From a virus (Duplodnaviria > Caudoviricetes), in IMG/VR virus record IMGVR_UViG_3300033434_000396, positions 1-44,068 of that record: DNA of 44,068 nucleotides; one strand, 5' to 3'. The notes below the pieces were generated by a model, which made no database searches, was not told where the DNA came from, and was given only the letters and a program-made list of their open reading frames with translations. A program made the translations under genes and the position numbers. Shown here piece after piece: positions 17,036 through 27,366 of this stretch (positions within the stretch are counted from its first letter, which is position 1; each line of letters opens with the position of its first letter).

Positions 17036-17454
17036 CTAGCTGCCTCCTTAATTGCGCTCTTAACCCCTTCGACAAACTTGTCACGCTCAGCATCCCAAGC
17101 CGGTTCAATGTGCGGATACTCCCTACTGCCTGGGTGCCGGACTGTCACTTTTTTATTACCGTAGGGATGTATATCATGGGCTTTGGTCCCACGTTCCAAC
17201 AAATGAGCTATTGGATGCAGTTTGCCTCTTCTCGTCGGGCCAACCGTTGCCGTCAGATCTACTTTTTTAATTGTTCGCTTAATCGATTTCTTATACTTAC
17301 CCGTTCGAACTGGCGCGGCTTGACGCTCACGATTACGAATATCTTTCGAAGTGGTTTCGATTTGTTTCAGCACCCCCTTAAACACATCAACATTAAACCT
17401 GTTAATTTTGCCAATAGCCTCATCGGCACCCTTAACCTCAATATTAATTTTCAT
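17032..17454 (-). CDS. HK97 gp10-family neck protein
   Basis: APVRTGKYKKSI, AHLLERGT, HPG...P.IEPA. Confidence 0.85.
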   Translation of the reverse strand: MKINIEVKGADEAIGKINRFNVDVFKGVLKQIETTSKDIRNRERQAAPVRTGKYKKSIKRTIKKVDLTATVGPTRRGKLHPIAHLLERGTKAHDIHPYGNKKVTVRHPGSREYPHIEPAWDAERDKFVEGVKSAIKEAAR

Positions 17455-17776
17455 CAGCCCGCACCTCCTGGGCTAAAAGGGTCAACTCCCGCTTCTTTCC
17501 GTCATAATCCAAGATATTATTAATTTCAAATATCCGGTTATCAACCGTAACCCTCATATTCGTTGTTATGCCGGATAAATAACGGATCTTGATTTCACTA
17601 TCTACCATGCTTTCAATCTGCTGGGCATAATATAGCGTTTTGCCGGTTAGTGGCTTAATATTGGCCCATACCGTTGCGAAAGTGGTCCAGGTTTCAGCAG
17701 CACCTCCACCGGCATCAGTATTGTCAGTTAGTTCTTTGATTGTAACCCGCTGATTCAGCTTGCCAGCGCCAATCAT
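17444..17776 (-). CDS. Head closure protein (SPP1 gp16-like)
   Basis: GKLNQRVTI...W.TFATVWANIKPL.G...IRY..GIT..MRV. Confidence 0.9.
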   Translation of the reverse strand: MIGAGKLNQRVTIKELTDNTDAGGGAAETWTTFATVWANIKPLTGKTLYYAQQIESMVDSEIKIRYLSGITTNMRVTVDNRIFEINNILDYDGKKRELTLLAQEVRADEN

Positions 17777-18339
17777 GTCGGCCACACCCTATCAATATTC
17801 AGCAATGCTGCAACAGCAAACTCGATTTCCTTAGATATTGTCCCAGTAAGCACTGCCTCGCGGTTAATATACCAATGTCCAATCAGTAATAGCATGGCCT
17901 GCTTGACCGTCTGTGCTACGTCAGAGCCGCCAGCAGTATACCGAATTTTAACCCCGTTCGCTGGTCTGAGTGTGACAGTCGGCTTTGTTTTAGCATAATT
18001 TAGCGCCACCCGCCCCGGCTCGGAATCAGTATCCACAAAGTACTCAGTAGTGGCCCAAATGTATTCCTTGTCATTAGTGCCGTAATACTTGATGCTCTCC
18101 ACACTGACGAGCGGCGGATGTGGGATATCTACCGGAAAGCTGGGCCACCGATCAAGCGTTAACTCCAATGTCTGCGTTAAATATGCCCGGTTTTGACGCT
18201 GCTCACAATACTGCCGAGCGGCAACAATAAGCGCCGTGATCAGCTCGTCTTCATCGGTTCCATCTACCCTGCAGTGGGCTTTAGCTTCATCCAAAGTCAC
18301 CGGCTCCGTTGTCGGCCCAGTTATAATTTTTAAAGTCAT
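17773..18339 (-). CDS. Head-tail connector/adaptor
   Basis: EPVTLDEAKAHCRVD..DED.LI...KQAMLLLIGHWY.NRE. Confidence 0.9.
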   Translation of the reverse strand: MTLKIITGPTTEPVTLDEAKAHCRVDGTDEDELITALIVAARQYCEQRQNRAYLTQTLELTLDRWPSFPVDIPHPPLVSVESIKYYGTNDKEYIWATTEYFVDTDSEPGRVALNYAKTKPTVTLRPANGVKIRYTAGGSDVAQTVKQAMLLLIGHWYINREAVLTGTISKEIEFAVAALLNIDRVWPT

Positions 18340-18351
18340 ATAATCACCGCC

Positions 18352-18374
18352 AAAAGGGGACTTTTCCGTCCCCT
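18352..18374 (-). terminator. Intrinsic terminator after capsid genes
   Basis: Minus strand AGGGGAC-GGAAAA-GTCCCCT-TTT. Confidence 0.65.
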
Positions 18375-18378
18375 AACA

Positions 18379-18861
18379 TTAATCAGTAATCGCACTCGGC
18401 GGAGTAGATTTTTGAGTTTTCATATCAAGCAGATAAATTGCCGAGGTTATATTGGACGAACTTGACGCGCCGGTAACAATTGTGATGCAATCAAACTCAT
18501 TATCGATATCCAGTTTTTGCGGATCAATTTGAAATACAACTACCTTGCTTTTAATGCCGGAATCAGTGGTAAACGTCAAGGCGTCACTCTGTTTGGTCAA
18601 TGTGTCAGACGTTGCAGTGTCAGCATTAACCCAAATTGGAATATTATTAGTTAATGCCTTAACGCTGGTTCCGGCAACTGCAGTTGCTTGCTTGGGAGTT
18701 AAGGCAATAGTTGTAGCAACACCTTGTGTTATATTGCAAACAATGTACGCCCGATTAACATTTTTCAAACTTACATATGTACCGGTACGGCCTGATGCAT
18801 CAGTCGCCGGAGTAAGGGCCTGGACAATCTTATAGCTTTCGGGGATGCAAATCATAGACAT
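18379..18861 (-). CDS. Putative capsid decoration/cement protein
   Basis: Beta-rich 160-aa gene between capsid gene and terminator. Confidence 0.55.
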   Translation of the reverse strand: MSMICIPESYKIVQALTPATDASGRTGTYVSLKNVNRAYIVCNITQGVATTIALTPKQATAVAGTSVKALTNNIPIWVNADTATSDTLTKQSDALTFTTDSGIKSKVVVFQIDPQKLDIDNEFDCITIVTGASSSSNITSAIYLLDMKTQKSTPPSAITD

Positions 18862-18891
18862 ATTTAATACCTCCGTTATTTATTTCTTGGA

Positions 18892-20166
18892 TTACGCTCT
18901 TGTCGCCAATGCTACAAATGGCGAATATGTGCTACTTCCCTTATACGGCGTTACTGCAGTATCCCAAAGTGGCATACCGTTAACGCGATAAGTAAACCTC
19001 ATTACATTCTCATCATACAAAAACCTCACATGTACTGAGGACTGAGCATTTACGCCGCCTTTGTCGATTATCATGTATTGACTCATATCAGCCAATATGA
19101 TATCGCCAACAGTACCCAGCGCCGAGCATTGCTCAACCGGGATAACTGGCCGACCTTTAATAGTACCGCGCTCCATGTATTCCTTGGCGTATGGCGATAC
19201 TTCGCCGCCGGTACCAACAGTTATGGTCATGGTTTCAAGCTGCGGCTCGGTTTCTTGGTTAATAAACCATACAGCATTACCACGTGACCTGGAATACATG
19301 CGGTTATACATTTTTAAAATGTTCCAATGATTAATAGTATCAGCGTCTTGGCTAGTTTCTGCTGCCACCGTTACCAAAGCATCAGATTTCAATATACCTT
19401 GTGGAATACCGGTACCAGCGCCATTTAACACAGCATCATCCAATTTGAACGCCAGTTCTTCGGCGAACGCCTGACGAATTATTGCTTCAAGAGCAACAGC
19501 GTCTTCCATCAATTCATCAGTCAGATAGCAAAGCGCCATTAATTTATCCAAATTCAGCTCAATCTTTTTGAATTTCGGCTTACTAGAAGCAACCGTTTCA
19601 GCCTCTGAAGTCCAGTATGCCTGAACACCGCCCCAGCGGCTCCCATTCGCCCGGCTGGTTTCGTCTACGCCGTTCATCCGAATCCTATTTGCATTCGGGC
19701 CGATCGGTATCGACCGGCAGCGGCTAGCTATCGCCGAGGTATCATGCACTTTTGTTAATAACTCAGCAACATATTGCTCGTCAATTAAAAAACCACCGTC
19801 AGAATTTACGGCTTCACTACCACCGGAGGCCGACGCCTTTACTCCATACAGTAGGCGATTATCAATTATCCCGCCAGGCGTTCCAGCCGCGCGAACCGCC
19901 TGCAGAAAGTCCCCAAATTGATTCCATTTCTTTTCCTTGACTTCAATTGCCGGTGTTGGTTGGTTAACCGGCGTTGCCAGGGCAGCTTCTCTTGCCTCAA
20001 TCTGGGCTTGTGCCTCAATCGTAGCCTCAAGGTTTACAATTTCAATTTCCAAAGCGTCATATTGAGCCTTTTCCTCTGCAGTCATACCACGATTAGCCGC
20101 TATAGCGGCATTTACTATACCCGCCTGGGCATCCATTTTTTGTTTGAGCAATTTCTTAAAATCCAT
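18892..20166 (-). CDS. Major capsid protein (HK97 fold)
   Basis: Coiled-coil delta domain, DGGFLI, TDELMED, LNG.GTG.PQGIL, IKGRPV. Confidence 0.95.
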   Translation of the reverse strand: MDFKKLLKQKMDAQAGIVNAAIAANRGMTAEEKAQYDALEIEIVNLEATIEAQAQIEAREAALATPVNQPTPAIEVKEKKWNQFGDFLQAVRAAGTPGGIIDNRLLYGVKASASGGSEAVNSDGGFLIDEQYVAELLTKVHDTSAIASRCRSIPIGPNANRIRMNGVDETSRANGSRWGGVQAYWTSEAETVASSKPKFKKIELNLDKLMALCYLTDELMEDAVALEAIIRQAFAEELAFKLDDAVLNGAGTGIPQGILKSDALVTVAAETSQDADTINHWNILKMYNRMYSRSRGNAVWFINQETEPQLETMTITVGTGGEVSPYAKEYMERGTIKGRPVIPVEQCSALGTVGDIILADMSQYMIIDKGGVNAQSSVHVRFLYDENVMRFTYRVNGMPLWDTAVTPYKGSSTYSPFVALATRA

Positions 20167-20899
20167 GTTTTAATCTCCTTTCATTAATCCGGCATTTTTC
20201 TACATATATGTCAACCGGGTTAACCGGCGAATCCGGGGCTTTGGGTGGCATGTAAAACTGAATTTTTGCCATTGGTAAGTGCTTAAACCTTGATAAATCA
20301 AACGCCATACTGCCAAAAATAAGCTGTCCATCGCAAATCGAAGCAGAAACTTGTTTTCCGTCCTCGATTTCGTCAGCGAACCCCATCGCTACAGCATCCT
20401 CAGCTGTCATCCAGGTTTCGGCATCTAATAGGGCGATTATTTCTTCATCTTCCATGCCCGTTTTTTCACGATAGACCGCAATAGAGCTTTCGCGAATTTT
20501 ATCCAGCGTGTCGGCCATTGCCCGAAAATCGGTAGCGTTGCCCATCGCAACGGTCCAAGGATTATGTACCATCATCATTGCATTACTCGGCATGTAAACA
20601 TTATCACCAACCATAGCTATAACAGACGCCATGCTGGCCGCTAAGCCATCAATATAGACGTTTTTCTTTGCGGAGTGGCGTTTCAGCATAGAATAAATAG
20701 CTTGACCGGCGAATACATCCCCACCACCCGAGTTGATATAGATATTCAGGGCCGACATATCACCCAGGCCATCCAAATCTTTTTTGAACTGCTTCGGTGT
20801 TACTTCATCACCCCACCAGCTTGCATCACTGATTTCCCCATACAACAAAAGCTCCCCCGCGTTATCTGCTTGGGCCTTAAACTCCCAAAACTTTTTCAT
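20156..20899 (-). CDS. ClpP-type prohead protease
   Basis: INSGGGDVF, DGLAASMASVI, MMVHNPW, ETWMTAE.A...GFAD. Confidence 0.95.
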   Translation of the reverse strand: MKKFWEFKAQADNAGELLLYGEISDASWWGDEVTPKQFKKDLDGLGDMSALNIYINSGGGDVFAGQAIYSMLKRHSAKKNVYIDGLAASMASVIAMVGDNVYMPSNAMMMVHNPWTVAMGNATDFRAMADTLDKIRESSIAVYREKTGMEDEEIIALLDAETWMTAEDAVAMGFADEIEDGKQVSASICDGQLIFGSMAFDLSRFKHLPMAKIQFYMPPKAPDSPVNPVDIYVEKCRINERRLKHGF

Positions 20900-22152
20900 G
20901 CTCTGCCTCCTTTCCCTATCATTTCGGTAATTTTAGCGGTCATGGCACCAGCCTGGTCTAACTGCTGACCGGCTTCAATCATATTTGACGGCTGCAGATA
21001 TATATCGCCATTATCAACAGGCGGCATGTTCTCCAGCCGACGAATATCATTTACCGATAGCCACCCCCATTGACGGCCAGCGGCATAGGCTGCTGATCTT
21101 GTTGCCATGTCGCCACGCAGAAGCGAGTCCATTTTAAACTCAATATAATACCCAGCTTTGCGCTCTTTGGGCTTCAACAGCTGGGCGTTGGCGTTTTCTT
21201 CGTATCGCTTAAACCAGGGCAGCATGGTATACATGATAAATTCCAGGCTTTGATGCTCAATATTGTTGTTAGTGGCTTTATCTAAATTCTGAATAAGGTG
21301 TAGCGGCACTCTGTAACACCTGGCAACGTCTTCAAGCTGGAACTTTTTCGACTCCAGGAGCTGAGCGTCAACCGGCTTAATTGTAAGCTGATTAAATGTC
21401 CCACCAGACTCTAATAATATCGGTTTACCCGTGTTTGCTAAGCCTGTATAGTTTTTAGCCAGGTCTTTTTTTAGCCGTTCATATGCCACGTCACCTAATG
21501 CGCCAGGAAATGAAAAAACGCCGCTTGCATTCGCGCCGTTTTGATAGAATTTAACCCCAAATTTTTCGTAACTAAGCCCTAAAGTAATGGCACTTGCCAT
21601 ATATTCGATAGGTGAAAGGCCGATAACACCGTCAAAGCTGATCCCCGGTACATGAAAAACTTCACTCCGCGAGTATGTTTTTTCGATATTTTGAGTTGAA
21701 TCATCTCGATAATAATACAATAATTGGCCGTTTTTCCGTTCCATACGGAGTTTTTGCCACTCTAATGGATACAATCCGACGATATCATTGTATTTGTTGA
21801 CCAATTTTAGGCAAACCGAGTTACCGCCGGTGTTCAAACTCACCATTTGCGATTCTTTAAACCCGAATGGTGCCATTTCGTCGTTTGGCTGATTATGCAG
21901 GATATCGTAAATCTGTAAATCAGTCGAAATTTCCCGTGTTCCATCTTTGTTTTTCCGGTACAATTGGGCCGGACAGGTTGCGAACGTCTCCGACAAAACC
22001 CTGACGCAGGAGAACACCGCCGAATACTTCATTGCGACTTCGCGGTCAACACTCATAACCCCAATCCCAGAGTATTCGCTAACATCATCACCGGCAAGAA
22101 ACTTGCTTATATATTCGGCCAGCGAATTTTTAATATTTCTTATAAACCCCAA
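20896..22152 (-). CDS. Portal protein (HK97 family)
   Basis: SAVFSCVRVLSE, G.SPI, DAQLLESKKFQ, NNIEHQ, LLRGD. Confidence 0.95.
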   Translation of the reverse strand: MGFIRNIKNSLAEYISKFLAGDDVSEYSGIGVMSVDREVAMKYSAVFSCVRVLSETFATCPAQLYRKNKDGTREISTDLQIYDILHNQPNDEMAPFGFKESQMVSLNTGGNSVCLKLVNKYNDIVGLYPLEWQKLRMERKNGQLLYYYRDDSTQNIEKTYSRSEVFHVPGISFDGVIGLSPIEYMASAITLGLSYEKFGVKFYQNGANASGVFSFPGALGDVAYERLKKDLAKNYTGLANTGKPILLESGGTFNQLTIKPVDAQLLESKKFQLEDVARCYRVPLHLIQNLDKATNNNIEHQSLEFIMYTMLPWFKRYEENANAQLLKPKERKAGYYIEFKMDSLLRGDMATRSAAYAAGRQWGWLSVNDIRRLENMPPVDNGDIYLQPSNMIEAGQQLDQAGAMTAKITEMIGKGGRA

Positions 22153-22165
22153 TATCTCACCCCCT

Positions 22166-23842
22166 TTACAGGCTCCTCATGCCACGTTTTTCATAAACTG
22201 AAACTTCATCGTTTACAATTGCCCGGGTATGGGCATTGATTAGGCTGGCTATTGGGTCAATTCTTTCCGTCGATTTATCTTTATCCAGCATTATATTTCC
22301 GTTATGATCCATTCTAATTACGGCATTACTGACAGCCCACGCTAAAACAGGATTTCCATCGTGGATTACTTTCTGCTGATATACTGATTCACGGAATGAT
22401 TTTGTTGGCTCGGATAACGTTGGAATGCCTTGGCGAATTTCTACACACAAAAACCCGTCATCCTGCAGCTCCTGTGCAAACTGGCTACAATTGTACGGGT
22501 CAAAACATATTTCTTTAATTTTATACCCCAGGGACTGAATATACTCGCCAACAAAACGGTAATCGACCACTGCACCAGGCGTTGCGGTTATCCATCCCTG
22601 CTTAACCCATAAATCATAGGGGACCTTATCTGTCTTTCGCTTAGCAGCCAATGTATCTTCCGGCATAAACGAATGCGACAGCACCACATATTTACCATCG
22701 ACCACAAATTCAAAACTCACCGACGTCAAGTCGATCTTAGCTGATAAGTCAATGCCGACTATGCAATCAATACCTGATAATTTTGGTATATCGCCTCGGC
22801 ATAACGCCCATTTATCCATGTTCATATAGCCGTTTTCGCGCTGATTCACCCAAATATTCATGTTCTTGGTAAGGAAATCACGCATTTTTTCCGGTGCTTC
22901 AAGGGCTAATTTTAAGCGTTCGCGAATCGATTGTATGCCTTCCGGGTATGAGCAAGCAATGGGATTAGCCTTTATCCACTTTGATTCATCGCGGATATCA
23001 TCAATTAAATTACCTTCGTCATCCTTATCCATCTCATTTATCATTACAAAATATGAATCAACGTCGAAATCCATTGCCGGATTTAGTATTTTGGAGACTA
23101 GCTGGTACTCAATAGCATAACAGGGATTCGCAAGGTTAAAGCCTGCTGTAGTTATTATTGCCAGCAGCGGCTGTGTTCGAGCAATCATACCGCTGTCTAG
23201 TACGTCGTATAGTTCGCTGGTGTCGTGGGCGTGGTACTCGTCAACAATGCCGCATTGAGGGTTTAACCCATCGCCAGACTTGCGGTCTTCTTTACTAAGC
23301 GCCCGCATAAATGAGCCTGACTTTTTATGCTGTATCTTGCCGTATGATACATTATACCGGCCTTTCAGTTCAGAATTTCCAAGCATAGCAAAGGTTTCAT
23401 CCCAAACTATTTTAGCCTGTTCGCTTTTTACTGCTGCACAATATACCTCGCTGGCTCCTTCGCCTAACGCCATTAATTCATAGCTGCCAACCGCCGCCAG
23501 TGACTGCGACTTAGCATTCTTACGACCAACCTGCCAGTAAAATTTCCTAAACCGGCGATATCCGGTTTCACGATGTACCCAGCCGTAGACATTGCCGAAG
23601 ATAAATTTTTGAATGATATGCGGCTCAATATATTGCCCTTTAAGTACACCCTTACGATGCTTAAATAACCGCATCCAATCAAGAAAACGCTCGGCTTTTT
23701 CCTCATCGAACACATAGGGAAAATTCTCGTGTTCCAAGTCGCGCAGAAATCTCATGCAGGCCCATTTATGTTTTTGACAGGCAAGAATATTGCCGGCAAT
23801 GACATCTTCGGAATACTGAATTAATTCATCCAAGAGGCTCAT
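22166..23842 (-). CDS. terL: Terminase large subunit
   Basis: VGRKNAKS, IVDEYH, ITTAG, GIDLS, RIDP. Confidence 0.96.
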   Translation of the reverse strand: MSLLDELIQYSEDVIAGNILACQKHKWACMRFLRDLEHENFPYVFDEEKAERFLDWMRLFKHRKGVLKGQYIEPHIIQKFIFGNVYGWVHRETGYRRFRKFYWQVGRKNAKSQSLAAVGSYELMALGEGASEVYCAAVKSEQAKIVWDETFAMLGNSELKGRYNVSYGKIQHKKSGSFMRALSKEDRKSGDGLNPQCGIVDEYHAHDTSELYDVLDSGMIARTQPLLAIITTAGFNLANPCYAIEYQLVSKILNPAMDFDVDSYFVMINEMDKDDEGNLIDDIRDESKWIKANPIACSYPEGIQSIRERLKLALEAPEKMRDFLTKNMNIWVNQRENGYMNMDKWALCRGDIPKLSGIDCIVGIDLSAKIDLTSVSFEFVVDGKYVVLSHSFMPEDTLAAKRKTDKVPYDLWVKQGWITATPGAVVDYRFVGEYIQSLGYKIKEICFDPYNCSQFAQELQDDGFLCVEIRQGIPTLSEPTKSFRESVYQQKVIHDGNPVLAWAVSNAVIRMDHNGNIMLDKDKSTERIDPIASLINAHTRAIVNDEVSVYEKRGMRSL

Positions 23843-24405
23843 ACATTACCAAATCCCTTATTAGCAAGAGGGTCAATTTTTTCCGGCTCTTTCTTCGGGA
23901 CGTTTTTTACTTTGGCTAATGGATTAAGGAATAGGCGATCCTCCATTTTTACAAGCTGGTCCATTTTTTTATTAATGGCCGTATCAATTTTCAAGACTCC
24001 ATCAACAGATATAATATAATTTACCTTGTTAATCAAATCCTCGGCCAGATCTTCATCAATATAATGCTCCAGCTCTTCCCGCTCATCTGGCCCCATCATG
24101 TCGATATTATCGATTCGCTTTCGTTGTTCCAAGAGTTTTTGATATTCGCTAAAGGTCATGCAATAGCGTCCTAATAGCCCCGTATCGCCAGAAGAAACAA
24201 AGTCAATGTCTTTGTAAATCTTAACTATCTCTTTCCACTTGGCGTAGGCGTTGACGTCAGTCTTCACAAATTGCGGACACTTTAATTTTTGATCCCCCAG
24301 CTTAATTTCCGCTTTCTTACGCTGCTCAATCTCAGCTTTTGTCAAATGGCTGGGGTTTTTTTCTGCTAAGTGCAGCGTAATTGGTTTTGCATTTCGGCCT
24401 CCCAT
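23839..24405 (-). CDS. terS: Terminase small subunit (P27 family)
   Basis: GRNAKP..LH....NP.HLTKAEI; upstream of terL. Confidence 0.85.
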   Translation of the reverse strand: MGGRNAKPITLHLAEKNPSHLTKAEIEQRKKAEIKLGDQKLKCPQFVKTDVNAYAKWKEIVKIYKDIDFVSSGDTGLLGRYCMTFSEYQKLLEQRKRIDNIDMMGPDEREELEHYIDEDLAEDLINKVNYIISVDGVLKIDTAINKKMDQLVKMEDRLFLNPLAKVKNVPKKEPEKIDPLANKGFGNV

Positions 24406-24449
24406 ATCATCACCATATTTCTAAAAGTTTCAAAACCCGAAGTTTGTGC

Positions 24450-24512
24450 GCAGAAAGGGGCACACACGGTCTAGCGGCCAAAGGCCCCAGGGATTTCATA
24501 CCCCCTACCCTC
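24450..24512 (-). other. Putative cos region
   Basis: Intergenic between HNH and terS; minus strand GGGTAGGGGGTATGAAATCCCT...GACCGTGTGTGCCCCTTT resembles 3'-cos layouts. Confidence 0.5.
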
Positions 24513-24875
24513 CTAAAATTGTCGAATTATGTTACCAAAACCACCATCTTCGCGTGCTGTTTTACTATCATGGCACTGTTTGCATAGTGCTTGATGATTA
24601 GATGGCAACCAAAATAGTTTAGGATCTCCCTTATGAGGCTGGATATGATCGACCACTGTTGCAGGTGTAAGTCTACCTTGCTTATTACAGTCAACGCATA
24701 ACGGATGCTGTGTTAAGTATGATAAGCGATAACGTTGCCAACGCCAGTTATAACCACGCTTGCTTGATGATACTCGATTATCCTGCGTTGGTCGCTTATG
24801 CTTATCACAGTAGCCGTTATTAACCAATGCACTGCATCCTGGCTGCTTACATGGCTGTTGTAGTCTCACTGGCAT
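24513..24875 (-). CDS. Packaging-associated HNH endonuclease
   Basis: HPLCVDC...VVDHIQPH.GD..LFW...NHQALC..CH..KT. Confidence 0.93.
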   Translation of the reverse strand: MPVRLQQPCKQPGCSALVNNGYCDKHKRPTQDNRVSSSKRGYNWRWQRYRLSYLTQHPLCVDCNKQGRLTPATVVDHIQPHKGDPKLFWLPSNHQALCKQCHDSKTAREDGGFGNIIRQF

Positions 24876-25084
24876 TACTTCAGCACCCCAGTTACCTTAC
24901 TACTCTTGTACTTGCCGCCTTGCTTATAACAGCGTGAGTTAAACGGCTGATCTAGCATCTGCTTGCCTATCCTTGGCCGATACTCAGAACAAGCGCCATT
25001 CTCACTTAGCTTTATCCTTCTGGCTATGCAGATCTCAATGCCGTGTCTTTCGCAGTCCTTATGTTCGCATACAACTGTGGGCAT
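24875..25084 (-). CDS. Cys-rich small protein (DUF1540-like)
   Basis: Start re-called at 25084 (AAGGAGG RBS); VVCxxxxC...CIARRI...C pattern. Confidence 0.55.
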   Translation of the reverse strand: MPTVVCEHKDCERHGIEICIARRIKLSENGACSEYRPRIGKQMLDQPFNSRCYKQGGKYKSSKVTGVLK

Positions 25085-25111
25085 GGTGTTGACCTCCTTG
25101 ATTTTAGTCAT

Positions 25112-25140
25112 AAAGAAAGCGCCCTCGAAAGGACGCTGTG
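25112..25140 (-). terminator. Intrinsic terminator-like hairpin upstream of late region
   Basis: Minus strand AGCGTCCT-TTCG-AGGGCGCT-TTCTT; a second weaker hairpin at about 25158-25188. Confidence 0.6.
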
Positions 25141-25232
25141 ATATATATATATATACGAAAAGGACCGCCTTTATAAGACGGCCCCTTAAACACACTGCGA
25201 CAACTCAATTATAGCCCAAAGTCAAATATCTG

Positions 25233-25520
25233 TCAACATTTGCCTAATTCATTATTCAACTGATTAAGCGTCTTTTTCTTCATCAGTTGTTTCCGATTGC
25301 TCGATCCGCTCTTGCTCCCCCCTGGAGCCGTCGCCCCTCGCACCTCCGCCCGACTTATATAACTAGACATAGCATCCTTGGCTTGTGCATCTACTGATTT
25401 TTCAAAAGGCTTAATCCAAAATTCCGACTCGCATTCGGGGCATCGGTAGAAATCATATTTATCCGGTTTCATTTCTGCCCCGCAAAAATTACACTGGTTA
25501 GTTTTTAATTTTTCAATCAT
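25233..25520 (-). CDS. Zinc-ribbon protein
   Basis: CNFC...CPEC; basic C-terminus; start re-called at MIEKL. Confidence 0.6.
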   Translation of the reverse strand: MIEKLKTNQCNFCGAEMKPDKYDFYRCPECESEFWIKPFEKSVDAQAKDAMSSYISRAEVRGATAPGGSKSGSSNRKQLMKKKTLNQLNNELGKC

Positions 25521-25524
25521 CTTT

Positions 25525-25674
25525 TCAGCCCTCCATTTCATCGCTCAGCAGATCAATTATTGCTGATGCTTGCTCTCTTGTCATCAAATCAAAATCATAA
25601 TTCTCATGATCATATCCTAATTGCCTGGCCAAACTGCAAATATATTTTATCTGGCCTTCAGTTGCAAATACCAT
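25525..25674 (-). CDS. 49-aa protein MVFATEGQIKYICSLARQLG...MTREQASAIIDLL (not in ORF track)
   Basis: ATxxQxxYIxxL...TxxxASxxIDxL motif common in phage small proteins; fills the gap in the operon. Confidence 0.65.
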   Translation of the reverse strand: MVFATEGQIKYICSLARQLGYDHENYDFDLMTREQASAIIDLLSDEMEG

Positions 25675-27052
25675 TCCCAACTAAACCGCCTCCCCCTATC
25701 TCCCTAATCCTTGCTTTAACAGCCTCCATCAAAGCATTTTGGCCACAAGCTTTATTCTCAATAGCCAACATCACTTTTTCGTCGATTGTACCTTCAGCCA
25801 CTAAGTGATGCACGATTACGCTCTTTGTTTGACCTTGCCGATCTAATCTAGCGTTAGCCTGTTCATACAATTCCAGGCTCCATGTAAGGCCGAACCACAC
25901 TATGATATTTCCGCCAGCTTGTAAATTTAGTCCGTGGCCAGCGCTTGCCGGATGGGCCAAAAGTAACGGGATTTTACCAGCATTCCAGTCCTCCATATCC
26001 TCTGTTTTATCCAACGTCCTAGCTTCGGGGAACTGTTTTCTGATCCGTTCAATATCATGCTTGTACCAGTAGAACACTAATACTGGGTTTCCGTTTGCTG
26101 CCTCTATGATGTCCTCCAAAGCTTCTAGTTTCGCATTATGCAAAATTCTTACCGCTCCGTGTTCGTCATATGCAGCACCGTTTGCCATCTGTAAAAGCTT
26201 ATTGCTTAATACCGCTGCCGTATTGGCCACAATATCGCCTTCTACATGTGGCAGCAATAAATCCCGTTCCATCTGCTTGTACATTTTTTTCACTGGATCG
26301 GATAACGGGATTTTTATCACGTTGTTAATCCGCTCCGGCAGCGTCAGCCAGTCTTTTGCCTTCATGCTTACGCAGATATCATCAATTTTTGAATATATGG
26401 CTTTATCAGCATCAGCTTTTAGCTCCCAATTGAAAACAATATGGCCGTCACGCTTACCAGGGTTAAAGTAACGCTCCCGGAATCCGGTGATAGTTCTGCC
26501 TAATCTTTCTCCCCTATCCAGCAAATAAATCTGTGGCCAAAGATCTAACAAGTTGTTAGGTGCTGGTGTACCAGTTAATTCAACGATCCTTTTTACCAAT
26601 GGCCGCACTTTGCGAAGCGCTTTAAAGCGATGGGCCTTATGCGACTTAAAACTGCTGCTCTCATCAATCGCCACCATGTCGAACGGCCAGGCACTACCAT
26701 ACAGTTCCACTAGCCAAGGCACATTCTCACGGTTGATTACATAGATATCTGCATTTGATTTCAACGCCACCAGGCGCTGTTTCTCCGGCCCTAATACTTT
26801 AGCAATTGTTAAATACTTCGTGTGGTCCCACTTTGCCGCTTCAGTTGCCCAGGTGTACTTCGCTACGCGCAGCGGGGCAATTACAAGCACTTTGGCTATT
26901 TCGAAATAATTATGCAGTAGTTCAGTTATAGCTGTTAATGTGCTAATTGTCTTACCCATGCCTAGCCCTAAAAGTAATAAAAAAGCAGGATTGTCGATAA
27001 TACGTTGGACTGTATAATTTTGATAGCTGTGAAGTTGATCTCTACTTGGCAT
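25658..27052 (-). CDS. SNF2-family helicase
   Basis: MGKT, DESS, LTGTP, HPASAGHGLNLQ, QANARL.RQGQ. Confidence 0.93.
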   Translation of the reverse strand: MPSRDQLHSYQNYTVQRIIDNPAFLLLLGLGMGKTISTLTAITELLHNYFEIAKVLVIAPLRVAKYTWATEAAKWDHTKYLTIAKVLGPEKQRLVALKSNADIYVINRENVPWLVELYGSAWPFDMVAIDESSSFKSHKAHRFKALRKVRPLVKRIVELTGTPAPNNLLDLWPQIYLLDRGERLGRTITGFRERYFNPGKRDGHIVFNWELKADADKAIYSKIDDICVSMKAKDWLTLPERINNVIKIPLSDPVKKMYKQMERDLLLPHVEGDIVANTAAVLSNKLLQMANGAAYDEHGAVRILHNAKLEALEDIIEAANGNPVLVFYWYKHDIERIRKQFPEARTLDKTEDMEDWNAGKIPLLLAHPASAGHGLNLQAGGNIIVWFGLTWSLELYEQANARLDRQGQTKSVIVHHLVAEGTIDEKVMLAIENKACGQNALMEAVKARIREIGGGGLVGNGICN

Positions 27053-27339
27053 CAGAACACCTCTTCAATAAAATCCGCTATAGCCAGTGGCGAGTCCACA
27101 ACATACACCTTAAATCCTAACGTCTCAAACTCAGCTTTACGTTTCTCTTGCAGAGGCCCTAGTGCTTCTCCTGGCCGTTTCATCTCTACAAATAAGGCTT
27201 GGCCTCCCTGTTTAAGGACAAGGCGGTCAGGTACACCCCTAAGACCAGGAGAAACAAATTTGCAAAATAATGCCCCTTTAGCTTCCACCAATCTTTTTAA
27301 CCGCCTTTCTAAAAAACTTTCAGGGATATCTATCGCCAT
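27052..27339 (-). CDS. VRR-NUC domain nuclease
   Basis: KFVSPG..GVPDRL...FVEMK.PG...LQ. Confidence 0.92.
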   Translation of the reverse strand: MAIDIPESFLERRLKRLVEAKGALFCKFVSPGLRGVPDRLVLKQGGQALFVEMKRPGEALGPLQEKRKAEFETLGFKVYVVDSPLAIADFIEEVF

Positions 27340-27366
27340 TTCAAAATCTCCTCTCAAAATTTAGGG

